NCBI GenBank assembly: GCA_965199825.1
Contig: OZ241329.1
Span: 2,144,001-2,208,000, forward strand
DNA length: 64,000 nt
Source of the DNA: Bdellovibrionales bacterium
Lineage (GTDB): Bacteria > Bdellovibrionota > Bdellovibrionia > Bdellovibrionales > UBA1609
Reading direction: 5' to 3'
Shown here: positions 30,301 through 40,202 of the stretch, in pieces
Position numbering within the stretch: the stretch's first letter is position 1
Layout of the letters: the number at the start of each line of letters is the position of its first letter
Position numbers and translations under genes: made by a program
The notes under the pieces: generated by a model
Database searches by the model: none
What the model was told of the DNA's origin: nothing
What the model saw: the letters and a program-made list of their open reading frames with translations, nothing else

Positions 30301-30872
30301 TGAAGCACGCTTTGAATGGGGCTCGATAATTTTTCTTTGGTGTGTTCATCAACATTATTAAAGATTTCTAAAAGACTTAACCCCTTGGCTTCCTCAAAAG
30401 TCCATCCGGTGAGTCTTTCGGCACTCTGATTCATGGAGGTGATCGCTTGGTGTGGGGTTGCGGTGGTTGCAATTACCGCATCGCCAATGCCCCTCAAGGT
30501 TGAACTCTGCCAAGCACGAATCAGATTCAGTTCGGTTTGATTTTTAAGTTTTTCGGTGTTGTCTAAAAATGTAATCACCGAGCCTATCATGTTTCCATCA
30601 ACCACAAGGGGAGTGGATCGATAATCGACATAGACTTCGGTACGATCGGATCTAAACAAAACTTCATTTTCAAGAAATATTGCGGTTGCGGCTTGGGTTG
30701 GATGTTTACAAGAAATAAAATCGTAAAGATGTCGACCGATAAGATCTGAAGTTTTTTGATAACCCAAAAGTCGAAGAGCCGCGGTGTTTACAGTTTTAAT
30801 AAACCCTTGAAGATCGATGGTAAATATACCTTCGATCGCCGCATTAAAAACCGCATCTGAAATTTCACTCAT
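27399..30872 (-). CDS. Multi-PAS hybrid histidine kinase with C-terminal receiver
   Basis: FLANMSHEIRTPL, DTGPGI, GGTGLGL, LMDLQMP. Confidence 0.92.
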   Translation of the reverse strand: MSEISDAVFNAAIEGIFTIDLQGFIKTVNTAALRLLGYQKTSDLIGRHLYDFISCKHPTQAATAIFLENEVLFRSDRTEVYVDYRSTPLVVDGNMIGSVITFLDNTEKLKNQTELNLIRAWQSSTLRGIGDAVIATTATPHQAITSMNQSAERLTGWTFEEAKGLSLLEIFNNVDEHTKEKLSSPIQSVLHEASTPLEPQHSVLISKDLKEYTIEYSVAPILDSHRNTEGVILVFRDITQEKNLQAWRDNQHRWLQVAIKSIPFPLCMANPDTGEYTYGNDAIEAMIGRSFPVGEKRSSQNSLMIAIDETTGRQLTFDELPSSKASRGEEVKDMQMLWKTLSGNYSVSVTAAAIPPLYGNAGSLIFAVNDITNLIEARRKLEHLTSVTEEDRAKLDAIITDSPIGIALMRGPNLVFEKTNKNFDVFLGRSDCLGRTWDESFGEHFEIDLQNIMSQVLYTGQTAHLDDVKMKAKYFTFTFVRILIKSSEPYGIVIHARETTASVVDQKRLAESERQLAAAVSIAKVGFYDWDMRDDFIVFNDQMKKDWEFDADCNLEEALSRIHPDDKTSILIKLKDSITNQKQYHTEHRIFSKDKKIKWIEAQGRFVFDQDQIPIRMYGTSIEITTRKKSESDRRLLSALVSNSTDFVGMLNTDLKPFYLNDGGRRLSGFENKEISDLTLYDFYPEKYHNAILGLLIPSIQNKGFWNGEIELKNFSTQNLIPVVLNLFPVQSESSNQVIAYGFVMQDISEIKKMQKTLTEAKIEAERANTTKSAFLANMSHEIRTPLGAILGFSNLLKDGDYEENERQSFLETISRNGKALTRIIDDILDLAKVESGKLDIEKIEFSFFELIHEVMDLFRERIRSKQITLNLNLSVSVPQRIVSDPTRIRQILINIVGNAVKFTSQGGVSVNVSSESKNLKSATIKIVVKDTGPGILLENQKKLFEPFMQADNSTTRKFGGTGLGLILSRRLALALGGNVTLGENYESEGSTFVITFQAELSQERKPRVSSFNTELGKLDTHTLKGISVLIVDDSRDNQILVQHLLEKHAAKVSLASGGTQGFKMAFDFNFDVILMDLQMPDMDGYETTRALREAGFSKPIIALTAHAMREERARTREAGCNGHLTKPIHENELVSSILKFTKAGPLNSFFEPNAES

Positions 30873-33772
30873 GAATGATCAATCTCGCGATAATGATAAA
30901 CAGTTTGGATCAGATCCATCCGGTCAATAGGTTTGGTAAGATGATCGGTGTAGCCTGCATTTAAACATTTGTCTCGCACTTCGCTCATGGCATGAGCGGT
31001 GAGGGCAATAATTGATTTTTTGTATGAGGCTTTACGTAGATTTTTTGTTGCGGTGTATCCATCCATCTCGGGCATTTGAATATCCATCAAAACCACATCA
31101 AAATCTTCGGCCAAAGCTTTTTGATATCCCTCTAAACCGTTTTGGGCAAAACTCACCTTTGCTCCCGAGTCTGCTAAAAAATGATAAATCATTTCGCGAT
31201 TATCAATCGAGTCATCAACAACCAGGACCGCAATGCCTTGGAGCATATTGGGTTTAATCGGGGACTTCACTTTTGGCTCAATCTGTTTTGACGATTTCAA
31301 ACTGTGAAGGGGATGGGTTGGGATCTGCACCATAAAAGTTGAACCTTTGCCGAGTTCGGAATCGAGCAGCCGAATATCGCCTTCAAGATTTCGTGCCAGC
31401 TCGCGCGAGAGTGCGAGACCTAAACCGGTGCCACCGAATTTTTTTGATAAGGAGCTATCTGCCTGTACAAAAACGTCAAAGATTTTATCGCGAGCATCCA
31501 TTGGAATTCCGATGCCTGAATCCTTTACCGAAACACAAAGTTCATCTTGTGAGTTTGCAAAAGCGGTCACCGTGACAGAGCCAGTGGAAGTGAATTTCAC
31601 CGCATTACCCACCAGATTCATAATAATTTGGCGCAATCTTAAACCATCGGTCACAAAAGTTTTTGGAGCAGATTGTTCGTAATAGAATTCAAGAGCGATA
31701 TTTTTTTCAAGCGCTTTGACTTTTAAGAGTGAAATCACATCGCAAAGAATGTCTTCGGGTTGAATTAGAGAAAAATCAAAGGTCAGATGACCCGCCTCAA
31801 CTTTTGAGAGATCCAAAATATCATTAATAATTTCGGCGAGAGCTCGACCATTGCGAGTGATCACATTGATGTAATTCAAATAGTCCTCGCGCGGCAAATC
31901 AGGATCCCGCATCAGTTCTGCAAAACCAATAATTGCACCCAGCGGAGTTCGAATTTCGTGAGACATATTGGCTAAAAAAGCACTTTTGAGCTGATTGGCA
32001 TGTTCGGCTTCAGACTTGGCCTCTTTTAAGTTTTGGACCAACCTCAACTGTTCATGAGCCGCTCGGGTTTTATGTGTGACGTCAATCACCACACACAGAC
32101 GAGCGGTTCGTTCATTAAAGATAAAATCGGTGGTGCTGAGTTCAACATTAAACACCGATTTATCTTTTTTAAAATGCTGATTTTTTGTTCCAAGGTCCGA
32201 CATATGAAGAGTTAAAAATTCTTTTTTTGAATACTGATAGTGGGTTAAAGCGGATTGATTGACGTCGGTAATTTTTTGATTTTGGAGATCGTAAATCAAT
32301 ATTGGCAAAGGGCTATAATCAAAAAGAGTTTGATAGCGTTTTTCTGAGCGTTTGAGATCTTCCTCCATCCTTTTTCGATCGGTCACATCTAAAAATGAAA
32401 TTGCAATGCCGGATTGAAACGGAAAAGGTGTGGAGCGAAACCATTTTTTGTGTTCCGGATGAAAGCTCTCAAAGGTGCGAGGCTTTCGATCGATCATGGT
32501 TTGTTTATAAATCATCCCAAATTCGGTATGTTCTAAACTTGGAAATATGGACCAAATATTTTTACCTATAAGTTCGGACGCACTTCGGCCATTGACCACA
32601 GTGGCTGCGGGATTCCAGTAAATAATATTCCAGTCTTTGTCACAGGCAAAAAATGGGGTGGGCATCTCTTCAATCAGTGACGCCAAAAGTTCAAGTGACG
32701 TGCGGTTGTTCACTTGAGCCGTGACCTCAACACCGAGAATCATGATCCCATCGATCTGGCCCGATTGAGCTCTTCGAGCTGCATAGGTCAAATTAAAATA
32801 ATGAAGCGAGCGGCCGAGGGTCACCGGAATTTCTCTTAAGTGGGCGGTCTTGCCGGTTTGGTAAACCCGGTCAAGAATCCCATGAACCTCTACCGATTCA
32901 GGCTGAGCCTCGTGGACTGTCATGCCAGTAGCATCAAATCCCAACAGCTTGACGTGAGCCTTATTCACAAATTCAAAGCGATGTTCCGGGCCTCCCAAAA
33001 TACAAACAATCTCTGGAGATTGATAAAACAGATTGCGAAAATTTTCGCGCTCATTGACCACCGCATTTTTTGCATGCTCAACCGCTAGCCGAGCTTCCAC
33101 ACGATCGGTCACATCGGTACCTTGGGTAGCGACCGCATAAATTTCGCCGTTGGCTTTTCTGAGTGGCTGATAAACAAAATCAAGATACACTTTGCGCACA
33201 CCCTCAGGATCAAAATAGGTCATCAAAAATTCTTTACCCACAAACGGTCTTCCGCTTTTAATCACCTGATTTAAAATCTCAATGATGCCTCGGCTTTTGG
33301 CTTCGGGGGCCACCTCGAGCAGAGTTCGCCCGATAATGTTTTTTTTGCCGATCATTTTGGCGTGAGCTTTATTCGATTTAAGATAGCGAAAGTCGGGAAC
33401 AGAAAGGAGCGACATAAAACTGGTGGATTCTGAAAAAATTTGATCAAGCACTTTTGATTCGGGCTGCTCACTTTCAAGATTGATATTGCAAACCTGAGCA
33501 ATCAAAGAATCTTCATCAAGTGGATTAAATTTTATTTTTGCTAAAAAGCGAGATTGATCTTTTCGGGTTTGCCAACTTTCAAAGATGGTTTCTGATCCAA
33601 AATCATGTGAGAATTCGCTGAGGTGAGAAAAATTTTTATCTAAAACCTCATGTTTTAAATATTGGTAAAGTGATTCGGCACTTGGACTCCAAACTCGAAT
33701 TTGCCCACTGCGATTTAAAACGCAAAACGCGTGAGACGAAAAGTCAAATGACTGTTCAGTTCTATTGTTCAA
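30869..33772 (-). CDS. Multi-PAS hybrid histidine kinase with C-terminal receiver
   Basis: FLANMSHEIRTPL, DSGIGI, GGTGLGL, LMDIQMP. Confidence 0.92.
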   Translation of the reverse strand: MNNRTEQSFDFSSHAFCVLNRSGQIRVWSPSAESLYQYLKHEVLDKNFSHLSEFSHDFGSETIFESWQTRKDQSRFLAKIKFNPLDEDSLIAQVCNINLESEQPESKVLDQIFSESTSFMSLLSVPDFRYLKSNKAHAKMIGKKNIIGRTLLEVAPEAKSRGIIEILNQVIKSGRPFVGKEFLMTYFDPEGVRKVYLDFVYQPLRKANGEIYAVATQGTDVTDRVEARLAVEHAKNAVVNERENFRNLFYQSPEIVCILGGPEHRFEFVNKAHVKLLGFDATGMTVHEAQPESVEVHGILDRVYQTGKTAHLREIPVTLGRSLHYFNLTYAARRAQSGQIDGIMILGVEVTAQVNNRTSLELLASLIEEMPTPFFACDKDWNIIYWNPAATVVNGRSASELIGKNIWSIFPSLEHTEFGMIYKQTMIDRKPRTFESFHPEHKKWFRSTPFPFQSGIAISFLDVTDRKRMEEDLKRSEKRYQTLFDYSPLPILIYDLQNQKITDVNQSALTHYQYSKKEFLTLHMSDLGTKNQHFKKDKSVFNVELSTTDFIFNERTARLCVVIDVTHKTRAAHEQLRLVQNLKEAKSEAEHANQLKSAFLANMSHEIRTPLGAIIGFAELMRDPDLPREDYLNYINVITRNGRALAEIINDILDLSKVEAGHLTFDFSLIQPEDILCDVISLLKVKALEKNIALEFYYEQSAPKTFVTDGLRLRQIIMNLVGNAVKFTSTGSVTVTAFANSQDELCVSVKDSGIGIPMDARDKIFDVFVQADSSLSKKFGGTGLGLALSRELARNLEGDIRLLDSELGKGSTFMVQIPTHPLHSLKSSKQIEPKVKSPIKPNMLQGIAVLVVDDSIDNREMIYHFLADSGAKVSFAQNGLEGYQKALAEDFDVVLMDIQMPEMDGYTATKNLRKASYKKSIIALTAHAMSEVRDKCLNAGYTDHLTKPIDRMDLIQTVYHYREIDHS

Positions 33773-33903
33773 CTGACCTCACTTTAAACGCATAGTTTTA
33801 CCCCAAAGATCTCACAGGCGAAAGTCGTGAATAAATCCAAAATCTAAGTTTTTAATTTCCACGTCGACACTGTTCGTTAAGATAAAAGACAAGCGGGGGC
33901 AAC

Positions 33904-34752
33904 ATGATCTTATTTCTTATTTTGCACACATTTGGATTTTCGTCTGAGGCACCTAAGGGCGCATTTCAAGATTTAGTGGAATGTGCCACACAGGCTGGGC
34001 CAGGCGAGACGCCCTATACCAATTTTTTTCCAGCTCAAGGTAATCAGCCCAAAACTGTGATTGTTCCAAACACCACGGGCACAAAAAAGGAGCACCAGGC
34101 ACTTTATGCCATTCAAGCGAATCGGGCTTATACGTGTAAACAATCAACCAGTGATGACTTAAATAATCATATGAAAATCAAATTTAGCTTTGATGGACAA
34201 AACTCAACAAATTCTATTGATGCCCAAATGATTGATTCCAAAATTCAAATCACCCACGATTCTTTCAACACCGATGGCGTATTAACAAAATTCGAGTGCA
34301 AAACTAGTCTCGATGTGAATGAGCAAATGCCAAATTTAATTAATGAAATCAAAAAGGGAATTGGTCTTATTGGCGAAGTTGAGCTTACCCAGATGGAAAC
34401 CCAAGAGAAGGATCTTCACGGACTTAATTATAGAAAAAAAATCGATGATGCGGGTGACAGCGCAAAATCCTCAAAAACCTACAACACCGGGGCTTCGCAA
34501 TACCAAAACGAACAACACCAAAAATTTTCGAAGACATTGGATCAAGCCATCAGTCGATTACAAACTTGTGCGAACACAAAACCTCCAAGTGGAGCTTCGG
34601 ATTCGCTGAAGCAAGCGTTTGATGATCTCCATGCCACGGTTGAGCCGCAACTGACCGCAATGAAAAAGCTGTATGAGGCCTCGCAGAGTATTGTGCGGAA
34701 AACTGTACCATCGGCAGACCAAGCCCTCCCTTCCTCAGATACGGCTCGTTAA
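33904..34752 (+). CDS. Secreted hypothetical protein
   Basis: Short hydrophobic N-terminus, GGGG RBS, 282-aa ORF. Confidence 0.7.
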   Translation: MILFLILHTFGFSSEAPKGAFQDLVECATQAGPGETPYTNFFPAQGNQPKTVIVPNTTGTKKEHQALYAIQANRAYTCKQSTSDDLNNHMKIKFSFDGQNSTNSIDAQMIDSKIQITHDSFNTDGVLTKFECKTSLDVNEQMPNLINEIKKGIGLIGEVELTQMETQEKDLHGLNYRKKIDDAGDSAKSSKTYNTGASQYQNEQHQKFSKTLDQAISRLQTCANTKPPSGASDSLKQAFDDLHATVEPQLTAMKKLYEASQSIVRKTVPSADQALPSSDTAR

Positions 34753-36488
34753 AGACGCAGTGGAGCGGGGATTCCCAGCAGGCTCAAGCCTCGCCGTAAA
34801 GTCATTTGAGTTGTCTTAACAAGTGCTAGGCGAGACTGCATCAGTTCAGGCGAAGCCGCAGTCTTGATGGGGCACTCTTTATAAAAACGATTAAACAATT
34901 TGGCCAAATCAAAAAGATAAGCACAAAAGATCGAAGGCTTATATTCGGTGGCGGCTTGCAAGAGCGCATTTTTAAATTTTTCGATATGCAAAATTAAAAG
35001 TTGCTCTGGAAGAGATTCCAAATGCGGGATCTGATCATCAATAGGCTCACCCACTTTTTTTAAAATACTCGAACACCGCGCATGAACATATTGAAGGTAG
35101 GGGCCGGTTTCGCCATCAAGCTTTAACCAATCTTCGAGCACAAACTGAATGCTCCGATTCGGATCAATCTTCAACATTCCATATTTAATTGCGCCTAAAA
35201 CAATTTGCTCGCTGAGCTCTTCAATCTGGGTGTCTGACCATTCCGATTTGAGCGGAGTGAGATACTGTTCAATCACTTGGTGGCTCACTTTATTATTGAA
35301 ATCTTTAAGCGACATCGCATTCATGGTGCGCGAACTAAAAGGAGCCCCTTTTGTATCGGTGACCAATTCATAACCTAAAAACAAAGATTTTTTGGCCTGT
35401 GGAAATCCCATCAATTCTGCGGTTTTAAAAAGCTGTTGAAAGTGGAGGCGTTGGCGCGAATCGACAACATAAATAGATTTTGTAATTGTTGGATCCGAAA
35501 ATTTTTGCTTTATCAGTTCTAAATCTTTGGTTAAATAAAGTCCTGAGCCATCGCTTTTAAGATAAATCGCAAATCCAAGGTCGTACTCATTGAGATCAAT
35601 GCCGATGGCGCCTTCACTTAAAACAAAAAAGCCTTCCTCAAATTTTTTCTTTACCAATTCTTTTGAGGGCTGATCGCATTCGCTTTCATAAAACCATTTA
35701 TCAAATCGGACATTGAGCCATTCGTAAACACTTTTCATTTCGTCAAGCGACCACTCTCGGGTTTTTAGGTAAAGCTCATAGGTCTCACCCGATTTCTTTT
35801 CGAGTTGCAAAGCCACCTGATAAATTTCTTGTTTGACCGATTCTGGCGGGTCATTTTTAAGATAGGCATCCGCCGCCGAATACATCTCGCCGAGCCAATG
35901 GGCATCTGGCGACTGGGGAATTTCTGTTTTTTTAAATTTTTGAATAAACCAAATCGCTTTGGCAATGTGAGCCCCCATATCGCCAGGATAGGTGGCCCTT
36001 ACGATGTGATGTCCGATTGCCTCTAATAAATTACACACCACATCGCCATAAATGGTGTTTCTTAAGTGACCTAAATGAAGTGCTTTATGGGTATTGGGTT
36101 GTGAGAATTCGACAATGATTTTTTCTTGCTCTGATTTTTCTAACATCGGTGAGCGAAGGTATTTTTCACCCGAACACTGCTCGAAAGATTCCTTTAAACA
36201 CAAATCAAGATCAAAAATAAAATTCAAATAACCATTTAGCTCTTGAACGACTTTAATACGCTTTAAAGGATATTTTTGGACGGCTTGACACAGAGTTTGT
36301 GCGATCAATTTTGGCGACTGCTTTAAGCTTTTTGCCAGCGAATGACAGGGAAAGGCCGCATGAGCCATCTCGGGCTGGGGTGAAAAGCTCACCAACTCTG
36401 TAATCGATTGATTTAAACCGTAGGTTTCGTTTACCGCTTTTTGACAAAGCTCTTTGGCCTCGTCGAGATACAAACTCAAATGTGTCAT
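34749..36488 (-). CDS. argS: Arginine--tRNA ligase
   Basis: VEFSQPNTHKALHLGHLRN (HIGH-type), GETGPYLQYVHAR, DALR-like C-terminus. Confidence 0.95.
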   Translation of the reverse strand: MTHLSLYLDEAKELCQKAVNETYGLNQSITELVSFSPQPEMAHAAFPCHSLAKSLKQSPKLIAQTLCQAVQKYPLKRIKVVQELNGYLNFIFDLDLCLKESFEQCSGEKYLRSPMLEKSEQEKIIVEFSQPNTHKALHLGHLRNTIYGDVVCNLLEAIGHHIVRATYPGDMGAHIAKAIWFIQKFKKTEIPQSPDAHWLGEMYSAADAYLKNDPPESVKQEIYQVALQLEKKSGETYELYLKTREWSLDEMKSVYEWLNVRFDKWFYESECDQPSKELVKKKFEEGFFVLSEGAIGIDLNEYDLGFAIYLKSDGSGLYLTKDLELIKQKFSDPTITKSIYVVDSRQRLHFQQLFKTAELMGFPQAKKSLFLGYELVTDTKGAPFSSRTMNAMSLKDFNNKVSHQVIEQYLTPLKSEWSDTQIEELSEQIVLGAIKYGMLKIDPNRSIQFVLEDWLKLDGETGPYLQYVHARCSSILKKVGEPIDDQIPHLESLPEQLLILHIEKFKNALLQAATEYKPSIFCAYLFDLAKLFNRFYKECPIKTAASPELMQSRLALVKTTQMTLRRGLSLLGIPAPLRL

Positions 36489-36528
36489 TGAGTTGTGGTA
36501 GCACGAATTTTTTTTTTTATAAAGGTTG

Positions 36529-37839
36529 TTAAGCAGCCAGAGCTTTGAGTTTTGAGGTCAAGGCAGGATCAAATTCGCTGTTTTTTTCGCACAGGATTTT
36601 AACCGCAAAGGCAAAAGTACGACCGGGGCTTCGACCCATGGGGCTCATCAATTCATTAAGTGCGACCGCAATGCCCATCACTTGGGCTTCGGGCTTCAAA
36701 CGGTTGGGTTTTGCAGGATAGCCCGAGCCATCCACACGCTCATGATGATGCTCGATCATATTTAAAACATTGTCGGCCAAAATCATCTTTTGATGTTTTA
36801 CCAAATTGATTGAGAATGTGGGATGAGACTTATATTTTTCGGCTTCTTGAGGTGAGCGATCGGTTTTAAGTAAAATCTCATGAGCAACTTCTGCAAGGCC
36901 CACGTCATGAAGTAGTCCTGCTAAAGCAAAGTCCTTGGAATTTCCCACCTGGAGTGCATGCGAAAGTAAACTTGCAAGACGACTCACACGCATGGCTTGA
37001 TGATAAACTGACGTCTCAATCAATGGTGCAAGTTGCAACAGGCGTTCGCGATATTGGGTGTCGTCGTCATCGAGGCAAATATAATTTTTAACAATATCTT
37101 GAAAGTCGGTCACCAGTTGTCGACCGTGTTCCATGTTGCCTTCGCTCGAAGGTGCAAAGATATTTGTTAAGGCTTCGCGAATCGCTTTTAAGCAGCGTTC
37201 GTGTTTTTCGGTCGCACTGATTTTGTTTAAAGTATTGCGGGCCGAAAATTCATAAAATTGCAGCATGTCTTTTTGATCAACAAAGCAATCTTTGATTTGA
37301 TGTTCGGCAAGTTTCTGTATTTTTTTATCAGACAATGTGGAATCCGCCGACACATATCGCACTTTGCGATTATTTCGTGGCAAGTGAACATAAAGATCAA
37401 ATCCCAACACCGCATCGGGTTTGACATCGTCAAGTTGAACACGGCGATAGAGTTTTTCAGAATTCAAATGAGCGAGTGTTGTGGTCAGCTGAAGACTAAA
37501 CTCTTCTTGATCAAACGGAAAAAGATAAGCGTCGTCAAAACCATTTTTGATGGTGAGTTTTCTTTCAAACTGCGCTCTTGAGTCGACAACGTAAAAAATA
37601 ACGGCGTTTGGATAAAACATCCGCATGGTTTGTCCAACTTCAATGATCTTTAAGCCTTCAGGTGGCACTCCACATAAGACAATGCCGATATCCTCGCGAA
37701 GAGCTCCCTCAAGAACCGCATCGTTATAGGCGATATCGACAATTTCACAATTGGAATCCAAAGAGCGAAGAACGTCCTGCCATTTTTGGCAAACACCAAC
37801 TGCGAGCAGTGCGGGTTTTTGTGGACGTGCTTGACCCAT
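36529..37839 (-). CDS. HD-GYP domain protein with degenerate receiver-like N-terminus
   Basis: LLHDVG and HHHERVDGSGYP. Confidence 0.8.
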   Translation of the reverse strand: MGQARPQKPALLAVGVCQKWQDVLRSLDSNCEIVDIAYNDAVLEGALREDIGIVLCGVPPEGLKIIEVGQTMRMFYPNAVIFYVVDSRAQFERKLTIKNGFDDAYLFPFDQEEFSLQLTTTLAHLNSEKLYRRVQLDDVKPDAVLGFDLYVHLPRNNRKVRYVSADSTLSDKKIQKLAEHQIKDCFVDQKDMLQFYEFSARNTLNKISATEKHERCLKAIREALTNIFAPSSEGNMEHGRQLVTDFQDIVKNYICLDDDDTQYRERLLQLAPLIETSVYHQAMRVSRLASLLSHALQVGNSKDFALAGLLHDVGLAEVAHEILLKTDRSPQEAEKYKSHPTFSINLVKHQKMILADNVLNMIEHHHERVDGSGYPAKPNRLKPEAQVMGIAVALNELMSPMGRSPGRTFAFAVKILCEKNSEFDPALTSKLKALAA

Positions 37840-37845
37840 AAAAAA

Positions 37846-38247
37846 TTAGGCTGCTTTCACGGTTTTTGCGTGAACCTTTTCAAGGTTCATTTTTAAAGTT
37901 TCCGCATTGAACGGCTTCACAATATAACTATCCACTTTGGCTGCTAAGGCCTGAACAATTTGTGCTTGTTCAGTTTCTGCAGTGACCAACACGAACGGAA
38001 GTTTTTGAAAGCGTTGATCTCCTCGAACGCGCTTTAAAAGTTCAAGACCTGTGCAATTGGGCATGTTCCAATCTGAAATAACCAAACCAATGGGAGGTTG
38101 TGCGGTCGAAATGGCTTGCCATCCAAGTGCACCATCTGCGGCTTCTTGAATATCGGTAAATCCAAGTTCGCGGCACACTTTGGCGACGATTTTTCTCATC
38201 GTCATCATATCGTCGATAATTAATACTCGTGTTGCTGGATCAAACAT
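37846..38247 (-). CDS. cheY: Chemotaxis response regulator CheY
   Basis: IDDMMTMRKIV, ISDWNMPNCTG, LVTAE, YIVKPF. Confidence 0.88.
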   Translation of the reverse strand: MFDPATRVLIIDDMMTMRKIVAKVCRELGFTDIQEAADGALGWQAISTAQPPIGLVISDWNMPNCTGLELLKRVRGDQRFQKLPFVLVTAETEQAQIVQALAAKVDSYIVKPFNAETLKMNLEKVHAKTVKAA

Positions 38248-38269
38248 ATGTGGTTCTCCCTCTTTATGT

Positions 38270-38296
38270 GTATCGGTGAACTTGAGAGGGAATTAA
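38270..38296 (-). promoter_or_regulatory. sigma28 (FliA)-type promoter of cheY-HD-GYP
   Basis: TTAA-N15-ACCGATAC upstream of the GGAG RBS. Confidence 0.55.
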
Positions 38297-38298
38297 AA

Positions 38299-39750
38299 TC
38301 AATAAAACTTGACTGGATGTTGGGCCATATTGAGATGGCTTACGCATTCACGTAAGCTCTGAACCCCGCCAAAATGAGCCGCCTTATTTTCAGAAATCCC
38401 AGAAAGATAATATTGGCTGCGATGCCATTCGCCAGTGGGATCATCTTCAACATCTAGAGCCGGAAAGGCCTTAAAGAGCGGCATCAATTGATCTAAAAAA
38501 AAGGTCTGGGTACTTTTTAGTTGCTCAATCTCACATTGAAGCACCGAGCGGAGCTTTTTTTGTAGTCGAAATTTTAAAAACTTTTTAAACATAATTTGTT
38601 GGTCCTGATAAACGTCGAGAGCCTCTTTTAAAGTGTAGGTCATCTCGGATTGAAGGCCAAAAACCAAAGGCAAAATCCTTTTGTCTTGCTCCGGATGCAT
38701 CTTTATTTCTTTAGCATAATCTTTAAGTTGCCGATATTGGTTAAAGGTCAATCTGAGCTGCGCAGTCGAGATCTCCTCGCGACGCGATTGACAGTCCTCA
38801 AGGGCATCAATCAATTTCTCCGACTGATCATGAAGAGGATCGTTGAAAAGTAAAATCGATTTTGCATTTTCGGTACAAATCGAGAGTGATTTTTCAGCGG
38901 AGTCGCTGCGCAAGTTAAAAACTTTTTGCTCTAAATCAAACTCAATAATAAATGCGGTCACCACACCAAGCACCAGTCCCGCACCATTGGCAGCCAAACT
39001 GGTATAACCTTTTAAGAACGGTCCTAGACGCAAAGTGATATAGCTTCCAAGCAAAAGTGCTGCAGAGGCGATTGTGAGATCATTGATCGTTCCGTGAGTT
39101 TGAAAGATATTCGACATCATTCGATTTCTTAATTCAGGTGATTTTAATAAAATAAAACCCATGTTTTTAAGCTGCTCTTGGAGTGCCGCAAAAGATTTTT
39201 GGGCTTCGACATTTTCATGATGGTGAGAAATCGAGTCGATCAAAGGTAAAAGATTATTGGTTCGGGCAAAGCACTCGGAGGTGGAACATAAAGATCTGGC
39301 TTCGGTCCACAATTGTCTAAAAAATTCCCAAGTGTAAGCGGTGATAGCCACCGGAACGGCAGAGAGTAAAAATTGTCGCATCAAGGATTTGCCGGCTTTG
39401 TTTTTAAATGCCCACTCGAGCCCCGCACGCGCAGGCTCGGCAAGTACGAATGCACTTGCGAGCGAAGTCGAAACCCCAATCCACAGACTCGGGTCATTGA
39501 TGACGGATTCAATGGAGTCAGCAATTATTAATTTAAGATGATCTCGTGAGACTGTTTTCACGGTGTGTCCCGAGATTGTGAGGTGACGGACCACCGACTG
39601 GACTGCAGAAAAGAAAACCATAAAAAAAACGATCTGTACATTTTGATTGATCGCCGAGGCCGCCACTTGGGACGGCGGCCGCAGATGAATTTCGGGAACT
39701 TCAGCAAAACAAATTTGAATTGAAAAAAGCCAAATCAGCAACCACTTCAT
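38299..39750 (-). CDS. Hypothetical membrane protein
   Basis: Signal peptide plus several hydrophobic segments; helical C-terminus. Confidence 0.7.
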   Translation of the reverse strand: MKWLLIWLFSIQICFAEVPEIHLRPPSQVAASAINQNVQIVFFMVFFSAVQSVVRHLTISGHTVKTVSRDHLKLIIADSIESVINDPSLWIGVSTSLASAFVLAEPARAGLEWAFKNKAGKSLMRQFLLSAVPVAITAYTWEFFRQLWTEARSLCSTSECFARTNNLLPLIDSISHHHENVEAQKSFAALQEQLKNMGFILLKSPELRNRMMSNIFQTHGTINDLTIASAALLLGSYITLRLGPFLKGYTSLAANGAGLVLGVVTAFIIEFDLEQKVFNLRSDSAEKSLSICTENAKSILLFNDPLHDQSEKLIDALEDCQSRREEISTAQLRLTFNQYRQLKDYAKEIKMHPEQDKRILPLVFGLQSEMTYTLKEALDVYQDQQIMFKKFLKFRLQKKLRSVLQCEIEQLKSTQTFFLDQLMPLFKAFPALDVEDDPTGEWHRSQYYLSGISENKAAHFGGVQSLRECVSHLNMAQHPVKFY

Positions 39751-39752
39751 TT

Positions 39753-40067
39753 TTATTCTTTGTTGTCTTGGTCCTGACTGTTGACGCTGATGTCTTCGAG
39801 CGTTTGATCTTGATTGGTTAAAAATCCATCGGATTGAAGAGACTCATTGAGCTCGCCATTTTCTTCACTATTGCGCGATTGAATTCCAGCACCCATCGAA
39901 GCTTCAACTGCGGGCAATTCCGAATCTTCGATCAGATCACTGGCCACATGCGCAGTGGGCCCTGCTTGGTGCATGCCTTCTTGAGAGAGTCTGGAAGTTT
40001 TTGGTACAGATGGATTTTGTAAGTCGACCTGCTGTAGATTGCGTCTTGTGTTTTCGGTGGTAGGCAT
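39753..40067 (-). CDS. Small acidic disordered hypothetical protein
   Basis: AGGAG RBS; Gln/Glu/Asn/Ser-rich 104 aa. Confidence 0.65.
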   Translation of the reverse strand: MPTTENTRRNLQQVDLQNPSVPKTSRLSQEGMHQAGPTAHVASDLIEDSELPAVEASMGAGIQSRNSEENGELNESLQSDGFLTNQDQTLEDISVNSQDQDNKE

Positions 40068-40106
40068 CTAATTCTCCTAAGTGGGGTTTAACTTACAAAA
40101 AAGATC

Positions 40107-40149
40107 TGCAACTTAAGTGCCCTCAAATAATTTGGGCGCTCAATCTGCA
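40107..40149. promoter_or_regulatory. Back-to-back divergent sigma54-type promoters
   Basis: Minus strand GGGCACTTAAGTTGCA (40107-40122); plus strand GGGCGCTCAATCTGCA (40134-40149). Confidence 0.55.
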
Positions 40150-40202
40150 TGAGGAAAGAATCGCTTCTTAGACGACCTTTTATTCCCCATAAAGGAAGAT
40201 GA

